Below are positions 31,055-40,429 of a stretch of 64,000 nucleotides of DNA, piece after piece. Source of the stretch: Chitinophagales bacterium (GTDB taxonomy: Bacteria; Bacteroidota; Bacteroidia; Chitinophagales; JADIYW01); NCBI GenBank assembly GCA_046329805.1, contig JAXLUA010000003.1:134327-198326 (forward strand), written 5' to 3'. Numbering within the stretch: position 1 is the stretch's first letter; each line of letters opens with the position of its first letter. The notes beneath the pieces are model-generated. The model was not told the DNA's origin. It worked only from the letters and a program-made list of their open reading frames with translations, and did not search any database. The translations under genes were made by a program, and so were the position numbers.

Positions 31055-32551
31055 TTAAAGTTTATATCCGATACTCAAAACAACCAAAGGATTTTTTGTG
31101 CTCAAGGTGGCTGCCGGTACCGGATTCCATGCAGCAGTACTCAATTGATAGGGCACATACATTTCTTTTGAATTGGTTTGAACGTAAGCAATATCGGCAA
31201 AGAAATGCTTTCCTCTATATCCAATTCCTGCGGAATACGTTAGCACAGCTGTATTTACGCCGCTTGGCGCATAATTACTTTTAAATGGAGATGTTCTGTA
31301 TTGTATTCCTCCACGAATACGGATAGGATCGTATTTGAATTCTACGCCTGCTTTTATGGTATGCAGTAATCCATATTTTTGGCGTATTTGATTATTTATA
31401 TAATTTTCATAGGCACTTGCATTGCCATCGGCAGCATCAAACTTAAATTTTGAGCTCCCCGCGTCACTTAATTCATATTCAAAGGCAAGTAATCCATATT
31501 TATGAATATAGCCTGCACCCATCGTTACTTTCCAAGGTTGCACGTATTTATATTTAGAGGCTCCATCCGGAGAATCACCGGTGTACACTACGCTTGCGGA
31601 CTTATAATCGGCTTCCATGTGCGTGTTATAGGCATCACGCATAAATAAAATTCCCGGAGTTTGCACGGCTAAAGAAAGCCGTAATCCATTTATTGGTATT
31701 CCGATAATTCCTACTTTTAAATTAAACCCTACGCCTCGAGTTTTCAAGTACGTTTCATTAACGAATGAATTTAAGTCGTAGGCAGAATCGCGCACATCTT
31801 TTTCTTCCAATCGGATACGTTCTGTATAATTTACTATAGGAATGCCCACAGAAGCACCCAACATCAATTTATTGTTGTACATACTCCCTACGCCAAGTGC
31901 CATTTCATTTATTCCGCCGGATTTTTGAATATGAAATTCTTGCTGCATGTTACCGTTGTTGGTAGCCGTGTACGTATTTCCGAGCGAGTCTATCGTAATT
32001 AGTCCTAACTGATAGGCTATACTGGCATCGAACGGATATTTGTCGGCAGCTGTAGTAGAGTCTGTAATAATACTTCTATCATTTAGTTTTTCGTAATAAG
32101 AATTTAACAAGCTATTTTTATCGTTGTAGCCGATAAAATAATAGTTAGCATTAAAATTCGCCAATCGATTTAAGGCAAATCCGAATTTCAGTCCGTTCCA
32201 TTTTGCGTTGGTGTTGTTATTTCTGCTAATGGCTAACCCTAAATTCGTAAGTTGAAATTTTATTTTACTATCATTTGTCGTATTTCCAATATACGATGAA
32301 GTAGATTTCGCAATCGATATTGCAGGAGTTAAAACAAACTCGGTAGAACTATATTTTGCTATTCCTGCCGGGTTGGTAGAAACAGCAGAAATATCGGCAC
32401 CTATTGTTCCCATTGTATTTCCTAATCCCATATTTCGGGCAGTGCCTTGTACGTCTGGAGTTCCATATCTCAACGCATCTACATCTGTTTGCGCTTGCAG
32501 GGTAGAGACATAGGCAGAGAGCGTGCAAAAAAGCAAAATAAGTTTACGCAT
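31055..32551 (-). CDS. Outer-membrane beta-barrel protein, FadL/OmpP1/PorV-like
   Basis: Signal peptide; ..ARNMGLGNTMGTIGADISAVSTNPAGIA.. (NPAG motif); alternating beta-strand pattern; C-terminal ..LSIGYKL. Confidence 0.7.
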   Translation of the reverse strand: MRKLILLFCTLSAYVSTLQAQTDVDALRYGTPDVQGTARNMGLGNTMGTIGADISAVSTNPAGIAKYSSTEFVLTPAISIAKSTSSYIGNTTNDSKIKFQLTNLGLAISRNNNTNAKWNGLKFGFALNRLANFNANYYFIGYNDKNSLLNSYYEKLNDRSIITDSTTAADKYPFDASIAYQLGLITIDSLGNTYTATNNGNMQQEFHIQKSGGINEMALGVGSMYNNKLMLGASVGIPIVNYTERIRLEEKDVRDSAYDLNSFVNETYLKTRGVGFNLKVGIIGIPINGLRLSLAVQTPGILFMRDAYNTHMEADYKSASVVYTGDSPDGASKYKYVQPWKVTMGAGYIHKYGLLAFEYELSDAGSSKFKFDAADGNASAYENYINNQIRQKYGLLHTIKAGVEFKYDPIRIRGGIQYRTSPFKSNYAPSGVNTAVLTYSAGIGYRGKHFFADIAYVQTNSKEMYVPYQLSTAAWNPVPAATLSTKNPLVVLSIGYKL

Positions 32552-32581
32552 AGCAGGTTTGTTAGAGGAAGTTAAAAAACA

Positions 32582-33595
32582 TTACTTAGGGCGTGTACCT
32601 ATTCTCACACCACTATTTCCCGAACCAATATTTATATTAGGCTCGCTTTTAAATGAATTATCCCATCCGACACCACCATTGCTTTTATTGTTATAACTAT
32701 TATTATATGATGGTGCAGGATTATTATATCGATATACGTTTTCTGGATTTGGGTTGGAATTACTGTTATTATTGATACTTCTGTTATTCCACTTATTCGT
32801 AGGAGCTACTTGCTGTTGTGGCGGTGTAGTACTTCCTTTTGTAAAACCACCGGTATTATTGGTGTTTGTGCCTGAGCTTCCCGGATTAAAATTTCCTTTA
32901 CCGGAATATATTGAATTACTATACCCTCCGGTTCGTGGGGTATAAACTACATTCTTTTTATTGTAGTCGTAGTAACCACCATAGTAGTTATTATATCCGT
33001 AATTATAAATTGTATTATAACAATACGGTGAAAATCCGTACCAACTATTATTAAATCCCCAATTCGAAAACGGACTATACATACCTATATTATACCAACT
33101 TCCGTAGCTGGGGTACATTCCTCCCCAAAAAGGGTTATAGAAATTATTATAACTATACATCCAACTTGGCGTAAATGCGTAATTATCCCAGCTGTTCCAA
33201 CTATTATAAGAACTCCAAGGAGAATAAAAGTTATTGTTCCAATTATTCCAGCCATAACTAAACTGTATAGATGGGTTGTGAAATCGGCGTATTCTGTCGG
33301 TATATCCATAATTCCAATCATCTGAGTAATAACCATCATTACCATAACTACTATTATTGTAATAATTATTATTGGTCACATTCATACGGGTGTTAGAATT
33401 ATCTCCTTCAGAATAAGATTGTGTTTGCTCCGGATTTCCCAATCTTTCGTCAGATGTTATATTGTGTTGTTGTTTGTATGTCTTTACTTTCATCGGTTTT
33501 TGCTCCGGCGCGTCATACACATCATCTTGCGCTACGGCAAGATTCAGGTAGAATATACCTGACAAAAACAGCGTGTAAAGTAGTATATTTCTCAT
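32582..33595 (-). CDS. Secreted low-complexity protein, extremely rich in N, Y, W, S and G
   Basis: ATG at 33595 gives the signal peptide MRNILLYTLFLSGIFYLNLAVAQ. The body has runs such as NNYYNNSSYGNDGYYSDDWNYGY and SPWSSYNSWNSWDNYAFTPSWMYSYNNFYNPFWGG. The upstream 18 codons of the track ORF are probably not translated. Confidence 0.7.
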   Translation of the reverse strand: MRNILLYTLFLSGIFYLNLAVAQDDVYDAPEQKPMKVKTYKQQHNITSDERLGNPEQTQSYSEGDNSNTRMNVTNNNYYNNSSYGNDGYYSDDWNYGYTDRIRRFHNPSIQFSYGWNNWNNNFYSPWSSYNSWNSWDNYAFTPSWMYSYNNFYNPFWGGMYPSYGSWYNIGMYSPFSNWGFNNSWYGFSPYCYNTIYNYGYNNYYGGYYDYNKKNVVYTPRTGGYSNSIYSGKGNFNPGSSGTNTNNTGGFTKGSTTPPQQQVAPTNKWNNRSINNNSNSNPNPENVYRYNNPAPSYNNSYNNKSNGGVGWDNSFKSEPNINIGSGNSGVRIGTRPK

Positions 33596-33716
33596 GAACA
33601 GAACTTTTAATTTTTTAGCAATTTTAAAACTCTTATTTTTATAAACCAAAAATACATTTATTCAGTTTCAAAAAACATACCAAAATATGTTAATTAACAA
33701 CTAATTACTATAAAAA

Positions 33717-35198
33717 ATGAGCAAGGAAATAACAAGCAGAGCAGAAAATTACTCAGAGTGGTATAACGATTTAGTGTTAAAAAGCGGATTAGCCGATTAT
33801 TCTGCAGTGCGCGGATGTATGGTAATAAAACCTTATGGCTATACGCTTTGGGAAAACATGCGTGATGTTTTAGATAAAATGTTTAAAGACACCGGACACG
33901 TAAATGCCTATTTTCCCTTGTTTGTACCCAAAAGTTTATTTGAGGCGGAAGAAAAAAATGCGGAAGGATTTGCAAAAGAATGTGCGGTAGTAACGCATTA
34001 TCGTTTAAAAACGGATCCGGAAAATAAAGGGAAACTTATTGTAGATCCGGAGGCAAAATTAGAAGAAGAATTAGTCGTTCGCCCAACGTCGGAAGCCATT
34101 ATTTGGAATACGTATAAAAAGTGGATTCAATCGTATCGCGATTTACCGATTTTAGTAAATCAATGGGCAAATGTTGTACGCTGGGAAATGCGTACAAGAA
34201 TGTTTTTACGTACCGCCGAGTTTTTATGGCAAGAAGGACATACTGCACATACTACCAAAGCCGAAGCAATTGAAGAAACAATTAGAATGATAAATGTATA
34301 TGCCGATTTTGCTGAAAACTACATGGCTTTGCCCGTAATTAAAGGTGTAAAATCGGAAAGTGAACGATTTGCCGGTGCCGAAGATACGTACACCATCGAG
34401 GCAATGATGCAAGATGGAAAGGCTTTACAATCGGGAACTTCGCATTTTTTAGGGCAAAATTTTGCCAAAGCCTTTGAAGTAACGTTTAAAAATAAAGAAA
34501 ACGAAGAAGAATATGTATGGGCTACTTCTTGGGGGGTTTCCACTCGTTTAATTGGCGCGCTCATCATGGCACACTCCGACGATGATGGATTAGTACTTCC
34601 GCCGCGTATTGCTCCGCACCAAGTCGTAATCATTCCGTTTTTATCTAAAAATATAGAAGAAACCAATACCATGATTGCTAAAGCAAATGAGCTGAAGACT
34701 GCACTTGCTAAAATGGGTATCCGCGCTATTGTGGACAATGATGAAACCAAACGTCCCGGTTTTAAATTTGCTGAATATGAACTCAAAGGTGTACCCTTGC
34801 GAGTAGTTATCGGCCCACGAGATTTGGCAAACGGCAAAGTGGAAATTGCTCGAAGAGACACTAAAGAAAAAAATCTTTTTGAGGTAGAAAACCTGTCAAG
34901 TACAATCGAAAATTTATTAACAGAAATACAGCAAAATCTATTTAACAAAGCAAAAGATTTCCGCGATAACAATATCACTAAAGTCGATGACTTTGACAGT
35001 TTCCAACGTATGTTAGACGAAAAGCCCGGATTTTTACTGGCTCACTGGGACGGCACACCGGAAACCGAAGACAAAATAAAAGAATTAACCAAAGCCACCA
35101 TTCGTTGTATTCCATTAAATAACACGCAGGAAGATGGAAAATGTATTTTAACCGGAAAACCAAGTAAACAGCGTGTGCTTTTTGCAAGAGCGTATTGA
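33717..35198 (+). CDS. proS: Proline--tRNA ligase (archaeal/eukaryote-like type)
   Basis: 493 aa. ..[30 protein letters not shown].., ..RPTSE.., C-terminal ..VLFARAY. Confidence 0.96.
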   Translation: MSKEITSRAENYSEWYNDLVLKSGLADYSAVRGCMVIKPYGYTLWENMRDVLDKMFKDTGHVNAYFPLFVPKSLFEAEEKNAEGFAKECAVVTHYRLKTDPENKGKLIVDPEAKLEEELVVRPTSEAIIWNTYKKWIQSYRDLPILVNQWANVVRWEMRTRMFLRTAEFLWQEGHTAHTTKAEAIEETIRMINVYADFAENYMALPVIKGVKSESERFAGAEDTYTIEAMMQDGKALQSGTSHFLGQNFAKAFEVTFKNKENEEEYVWATSWGVSTRLIGALIMAHSDDDGLVLPPRIAPHQVVIIPFLSKNIEETNTMIAKANELKTALAKMGIRAIVDNDETKRPGFKFAEYELKGVPLRVVIGPRDLANGKVEIARRDTKEKNLFEVENLSSTIENLLTEIQQNLFNKAKDFRDNNITKVDDFDSFQRMLDEKPGFLLAHWDGTPETEDKIKELTKATIRCIPLNNTQEDGKCILTGKPSKQRVLFARAY

Positions 35199-35320
35199 TA
35201 AAATTATAGGCATTAATTCAAAAACCCACTCATTTTGGTATAATTATTGGTTAAATTAGCTTGATACATAAATTTTATTAATTTTGGATATCTTTTAAAA
35301 TACTCACCTTTAGAAAACGT

Positions 35321-36286
35321 ATGAAAAAAATTATTTTATCGCTTACACTTATTTTATCAATAGCAACTGCAGCATATTGCCAAGAAGCCAGCTCCTACAA
35401 GCCTTCTACCATATCCTTTAGCCGTATTATGCCTGACACCTTAGATGTTTTAGTGAAGAAAATTGGCAAAGATTCGCTGATTAAAATATTAGACCAAAGA
35501 ATAAGAAATGCTGCAACGGTAGTAAAATATGGCACCGGAAAATTAAAAAATATAATTCCTGCACAAGAGCTATCTGCATACAACAAGCATTTTAAATTAA
35601 ACATAGAGTCCTCTTTTGATTTTACTAATATACCCGGAAAAATATTTGCAGATTCTACCGGTTCATCTTTAAAGTTATATGGAAAAAGATACGGCGACAC
35701 TGTTGAAGCTACCCAACAAATAAACATGTTAAATAACAGCGGCAAAGATCCTAACGAAGCCATGTTGACTTATATGTACACCAGCGGCGGCAGGTTCGGA
35801 TTTGCTTCGTACTGCGATTTGATAAAAAAGAATATTAGCAGTACACTATTGGACACCCTTTACAAAGGAGCTTTATTATATACCAATGAGATTCGTAATG
35901 AATTTTATTTTACGATAACAGAATTTGATAAAACTTGTGGCTCAGAAGAAAACAAAGCAACATATTACCGCAAACAACTTTTTGAAAAAACTTATCCCAT
36001 TTTTAATTTAACACCAGTACTTAAAGACACCACCACACTTACTGTTTTAAATTACAAAAAATATAAGCTAAATAACAGATATCAATTCTTTGCTTATGCT
36101 TTATACGCAAAAGATTTTGACCTAAAAACACACCAAGAAGACATTATCTATTTCCTTACCAGCCAAGATAAATTAGGTGGATTTAAAGAGTTCAACATCA
36201 TTTCTGAGCGACCTAGCATTGAGCCAACTATATATGGATTATGGGCGTTACTTGAATTAAAAGAACAGATAAAAGAAGTGTATTAG
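35321..36286 (+). CDS. Hypothetical secreted protein
   Basis: Signal peptide MKKIILSLTLILSIATAAYCQ. 321 aa. No motif recognised with confidence. Confidence 0.6.
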   Translation: MKKIILSLTLILSIATAAYCQEASSYKPSTISFSRIMPDTLDVLVKKIGKDSLIKILDQRIRNAATVVKYGTGKLKNIIPAQELSAYNKHFKLNIESSFDFTNIPGKIFADSTGSSLKLYGKRYGDTVEATQQINMLNNSGKDPNEAMLTYMYTSGGRFGFASYCDLIKKNISSTLLDTLYKGALLYTNEIRNEFYFTITEFDKTCGSEENKATYYRKQLFEKTYPIFNLTPVLKDTTTLTVLNYKKYKLNNRYQFFAYALYAKDFDLKTHQEDIIYFLTSQDKLGGFKEFNIISERPSIEPTIYGLWALLELKEQIKEVY

Positions 36287-36383
36287 CTATCCGTTAGACT
36301 TCCCCACTTCATTTTAATTTTAAAAAATCGTATAAATAAAACGATTATTAAATACGACTTTTAGCACTAAAACTGCTACGGTT

Positions 36384-37991
36384 ATGAAGAAAAATAGTAC
36401 ACTTGAACTTCCTCCTGAAATAGCTTTTGACGAAATTCTTTTCCATCAACACATTAAGCAATTATTCCAAATAAAAGAGGAAACACCGTTTCATATTCGC
36501 ATCTTAAAACGAAGTATAGATGCCCGTTCCAGAAACATCAAAATAAACATCCAAGTTGAAGTATATATTGATGAGCTGCCGGAAAATAATTTTGAAACTA
36601 AAACAACATACCAAACTGTTTCCAATGCACCAAGTGTCCTAATTATAGGCGCAGGGCCTGCAGGCTTATTTGCCGCTTTGAGGTTAATTGAACTTGGCTT
36701 GAAGCCTATTATTTTAGAGCGTGGAAAAGAGGTACAAGAGCGCCGCCGCGACTTAGCAAACATCAACAAAAAAAATATTGTAAACGAAAATTCTAATTAT
36801 TGTTTTGGAGAAGGTGGCGCAGGCACCTACAGCGATGGCAAACTTTATACCCGATCGAAAAAGCGTGGCGACATAAAACGCATCTTAGAAATTATGGTGA
36901 TGCACGGCGCTTCTCCTTCTATTTTATTTGAAGCACATCCGCATATCGGCACCAACAAGTTACCCAAACTCATACAAGAAATACGAAATAGCATTTTAAA
37001 ATACGGCGGCGAAATTCATTTCAATACCAAGGTCATTGATTTTATTTTAGAAGGAAAAGAAATGAAAGGTGTTGTGGCAATCCAAACAACCGAACAGGCA
37101 GCTGCGCCTGCTGATACTGCAAATACAATATCTTTTTATGGTGTTGCTGTGTTATTGGCAACCGGTCACTCCGCACGTGATATTTTTGAACGCTTACAGC
37201 ACAAAAATATTACTATAACCCCTAAGCCCTTTGCATTAGGCATACGCATTGAACACCAGCAGCAGCTTATCAATCAAATTCAATACCATGGAAACACCTG
37301 CGCTGTACTACCTGCTGCCTCCTATAGTTTAGTGACACAAATACAAACGTCGCAAGCACAAAAAGGAGTTTTTTCTTTCTGCATGTGCCCGGGTGGGTTT
37401 ATCGTACCGGCAGCTACGCAGCAAAACGAAATTGTGGTCAACGGCATGTCGCCCTCCAAGCGCGACTCTCCATTTTCCAACTCCGGAATTGTAGTGGCTA
37501 TTGATGAAAATGATTGGAAAAAATTCAACTCATTTGGTGCATTAGCAGCTATGGAGTACCAAAAAAGTATAGAACAAAAAGCGTGGAACATTGCCGGAAA
37601 TACACAAGCGGCTCCTGCACAGCGCATGCTCGATTTTGTACAGAAAAAAACATCTTCCGCTTTGTTGGACACCTCCTATCAACCCGGGTTAGTTTCTGTA
37701 GAAATGCGGGAAATACTGCCTGCCGAAATTGCCTATTGTTTGCAAGAAGGATTTAAAAATTTTGGAAGTAAAATGCAGGGCTATCTTAGTAATGACGCAC
37801 AAATTATAGGCGTGGAGAGCCGTACCTCGTCTCCCGTAAAAATACCAAGAGATAAAGACACTTTAGAGCATATCACTACCAAGCGATTATTTCCTTGTGC
37901 GGAAGGCGCCGGGTATGCCGGTGGCATTATGAGTGCAGCAATGGATGGAGAACGATGTGCCGAACAAATAGCACGCCTATACCACCGTTGA
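36384..37991 (+). CDS. FAD-dependent oxidoreductase (COG2509-like uncharacterised FAD-dependent dehydrogenase)
   Basis: Dinucleotide-binding VLIIGAGPAGLFAALRL...ILERG. 535 aa. ..GEGGAGTYSDGKLYTR.. is typical of this family. Confidence 0.8.
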   Translation: MKKNSTLELPPEIAFDEILFHQHIKQLFQIKEETPFHIRILKRSIDARSRNIKINIQVEVYIDELPENNFETKTTYQTVSNAPSVLIIGAGPAGLFAALRLIELGLKPIILERGKEVQERRRDLANINKKNIVNENSNYCFGEGGAGTYSDGKLYTRSKKRGDIKRILEIMVMHGASPSILFEAHPHIGTNKLPKLIQEIRNSILKYGGEIHFNTKVIDFILEGKEMKGVVAIQTTEQAAAPADTANTISFYGVAVLLATGHSARDIFERLQHKNITITPKPFALGIRIEHQQQLINQIQYHGNTCAVLPAASYSLVTQIQTSQAQKGVFSFCMCPGGFIVPAATQQNEIVVNGMSPSKRDSPFSNSGIVVAIDENDWKKFNSFGALAAMEYQKSIEQKAWNIAGNTQAAPAQRMLDFVQKKTSSALLDTSYQPGLVSVEMREILPAEIAYCLQEGFKNFGSKMQGYLSNDAQIIGVESRTSSPVKIPRDKDTLEHITTKRLFPCAEGAGYAGGIMSAAMDGERCAEQIARLYHR

Positions 37992-38122
37992 AATACTTTG
38001 CCTTCTTTTCTTTAGATAAGAAAACACAAAATTTTCCGTAAAAAGTCAAATAAAGCTAACTTTTCGACAAAAACACAAAAACAAGTAATGGTATTTAGTG
38101 AATGAATTCGTATTTTTAGGAG

Positions 38123-39550
38123 ATGAGAAAAATTTATATACTCCCCATTGTTTTAACACTATTTATCTTTTCTTGCAAAAAGGATAATGAGCGCAAAGCA
38201 TTTGTAAGCACAGAAGACCCCACTATCATTCAAGACGAATATGGCAGACAGCTTATATTACATGGGTTAAATACATCCAGCAGTGCTAAAAGTGACACTC
38301 AGCGATTGCCTTGGATTATAGAAAGTGATGTCGATAGAGAAGATAAAGAATTTGGATTCAATTTTGTACGCTATCTTATTCTTTGGGATGCAATTGAACC
38401 ACAAAAGGGCGTTTTTGATGAAACCTATTTAGATAAAGTAGAAGAACGCGTAAACTGGTACACCTCGCGCGGCATGCATGTAATGTTAGACATGCATCAA
38501 GATTTATATTCTATTGTATTTGGTGGTGATGGTGCACCGGCATGGGCTTGCCGAACCAATGGCGCCGCACCTTTAGAGATCCCGGGAGGCACTCCATGGT
38601 GGTTAAAAAACATAGATCCTGCCGTAATCAATTCTTGGATAAATTTCTGGACCTACTCCGGAAGTAATAAAGACTTACAGGAACACTATATTTTGATGTG
38701 GCAAAAAGTTGCCGAACGATTTAAGAACAACCCGAATGTAATCGGGTATGATTTAATGAATGAACCTTGGGGCGGCGACTTGATAAAAGTATTCGTAACC
38801 GGAGAGTTTGAGCGCTATCAACTTAGTGCTTTTTACAAAAGATTAATACCGGCATTGCGCTCGGTAGAACCCAATAAATATTTATTTTTTGAACCAACAC
38901 CGGCTCCGGTTACTTTTGGTATGCCTTCTAATTTGTCAAAAATATCCGACACTCGAAGCAGCGCAAAAATAGTATATGCTCCACACTGTTATCCTTATGA
39001 CACACACGAAGGACAAGGCTATACCGCCACCTCAAAATCACAGTTGAAAGACTGGGAGCGCGAGCGTGTTAAAGAAATTAAATTACATGGAAATGCCCCA
39101 TTGCTAACGGGCGAATTTGGACTATCGCCTCATCAGGCAGGCTTTGCGGACTATTTGACGGATTTTAATGCTATGTCAGACAGAAATTTATGGCATTGGG
39201 CCTATTGGAGCAACGACAAAGGGGGCTGGAGTCCTTTAAATGGCGACAGAACCGAAACAGCCATTTTACCACACTTAATACGTACATATCCTAAAGCTAC
39301 TGCCGGAAAATTAGAATCATTCAGTTTTGATGTAAATACCAAAATATTTACCATGACATTCACCTCTAATACTACTATTTCTAAACCGACAGAAATCTTT
39401 ATACCTAATCGCTTTTATCCGAATGGCTGGGATTTATCTGTGGCAGGAACAACAAAATACACTTCAACTACTGATGCTATAAAACAAACACTTCTGTTTA
39501 GCACCACCGACAATGACAAAGAAATCACCCTAACAATAACGCCCAAATAA
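38123..39550 (+). CDS. Glycoside hydrolase family 5 lipoprotein, endoglycoceramidase-like
   Basis: Lipobox LFIFSC. ..FNFVRYLILWDAIEPQKGVFDETYLDKVEERVNWYTSRGMHVMLDMHQDLYS.., acid/base ..DLMNEPWGG.., nucleophile ..LLTGEFGL... Confidence 0.82.
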   Translation: MRKIYILPIVLTLFIFSCKKDNERKAFVSTEDPTIIQDEYGRQLILHGLNTSSSAKSDTQRLPWIIESDVDREDKEFGFNFVRYLILWDAIEPQKGVFDETYLDKVEERVNWYTSRGMHVMLDMHQDLYSIVFGGDGAPAWACRTNGAAPLEIPGGTPWWLKNIDPAVINSWINFWTYSGSNKDLQEHYILMWQKVAERFKNNPNVIGYDLMNEPWGGDLIKVFVTGEFERYQLSAFYKRLIPALRSVEPNKYLFFEPTPAPVTFGMPSNLSKISDTRSSAKIVYAPHCYPYDTHEGQGYTATSKSQLKDWERERVKEIKLHGNAPLLTGEFGLSPHQAGFADYLTDFNAMSDRNLWHWAYWSNDKGGWSPLNGDRTETAILPHLIRTYPKATAGKLESFSFDVNTKIFTMTFTSNTTISKPTEIFIPNRFYPNGWDLSVAGTTKYTSTTDAIKQTLLFSTTDNDKEITLTITPK

Positions 39551-39662
39551 TTAGTAGCCAAGCATCGTTATTGTTAAAATTTAGTGAATGATATTCGTAA
39601 ATACAAATTCTTTTGTGTATTAATGCTGTTATTTGTTAACTTTGTTCATCAAACAACCATAT

Positions 39663-40364
39663 ATGAACACATTAATTACATATTTTAATGTAACAAAGGA
39701 AAATTGGACGATTGCGTTACAGCAAAAGAATATACGATTACAGTTTATATTAACGTTGATTTCTTATATATTTTTGTTTAAATATTGCAGAATAATGATG
39801 TCTATTTTTGAAAACAGAAAGGGCACACAGATTTTCGATCCTATTTTAGCTCAATTACCCAGCATTGATTCTTCTGCTTTAATTTTTACCCTTACCTATA
39901 CAGCTCTTACCATTTTCATTTTATCAAACCTACCCAACCCAATCCGATTTATAAAAGGATTGCAAGCCTATACATTATTGCTCACTTTGCGCACCATAAC
40001 TATATTTTTAGTTCCGTTAGAGCCTCCTATCGGAATGATAGTTTTAAAAGATACCGTATCCAATTTTTTCATGAATTCAGGCGGTGGCGGCTACATAGTT
40101 AAAGACTTATTTTTTTCAGGGCATGTTTCTGCGATTATGTTATTTTTCTTTGTAGCTGAAAGTAAGACTTTAAAAATTGTTTTAGCCATTTTAGCGGTAG
40201 CAATTGGCTGTTTAATTTTGCTTCAACATGTGCACTATGTAATGGATGTTGTTGCAGCACCATTTTTCTCCTTCTTAGCATTAAAAACAGTCACTACGGT
40301 CAACAAACAATTTTTTGCTTCCCCTATAGCAATTAAAAATAGCACCTCAAACCATACTTTGTAA
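39663..40364 (+). CDS. Membrane protein with PAP2_C / sphingomyelin-synthase-like motifs
   Basis: Six predicted TM helices. ..FFSGHVSA.. and ..LQHVHYVMDVVAAPF.. correspond to the SGH and HYxxDV catalytic motifs of the SMS/PAP2_C family. ATG at 39663 is preferred over TTG at 39633. Confidence 0.65.
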   Translation: MNTLITYFNVTKENWTIALQQKNIRLQFILTLISYIFLFKYCRIMMSIFENRKGTQIFDPILAQLPSIDSSALIFTLTYTALTIFILSNLPNPIRFIKGLQAYTLLLTLRTITIFLVPLEPPIGMIVLKDTVSNFFMNSGGGGYIVKDLFFSGHVSAIMLFFFVAESKTLKIVLAILAVAIGCLILLQHVHYVMDVVAAPFFSFLALKTVTTVNKQFFASPIAIKNSTSNHTL

Positions 40365-40429
40365 TAAAATAACGACATAAAAATCTATTTCTAACTTTTT
40401 TACCTGCAAATACTGCGTATATTTACTGT

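Noticed and set aside
33085-33345. 86-aa alternative-frame ORF (hydrophobic, TM-like) and the antisense ORF 32754..32945 within the N/Y/W-rich gene.
   Set aside because: Repetitive AAT/TAT/TGG-rich coding sequence trivially opens other frames. The main frame has a signal peptide and spans the whole locus.
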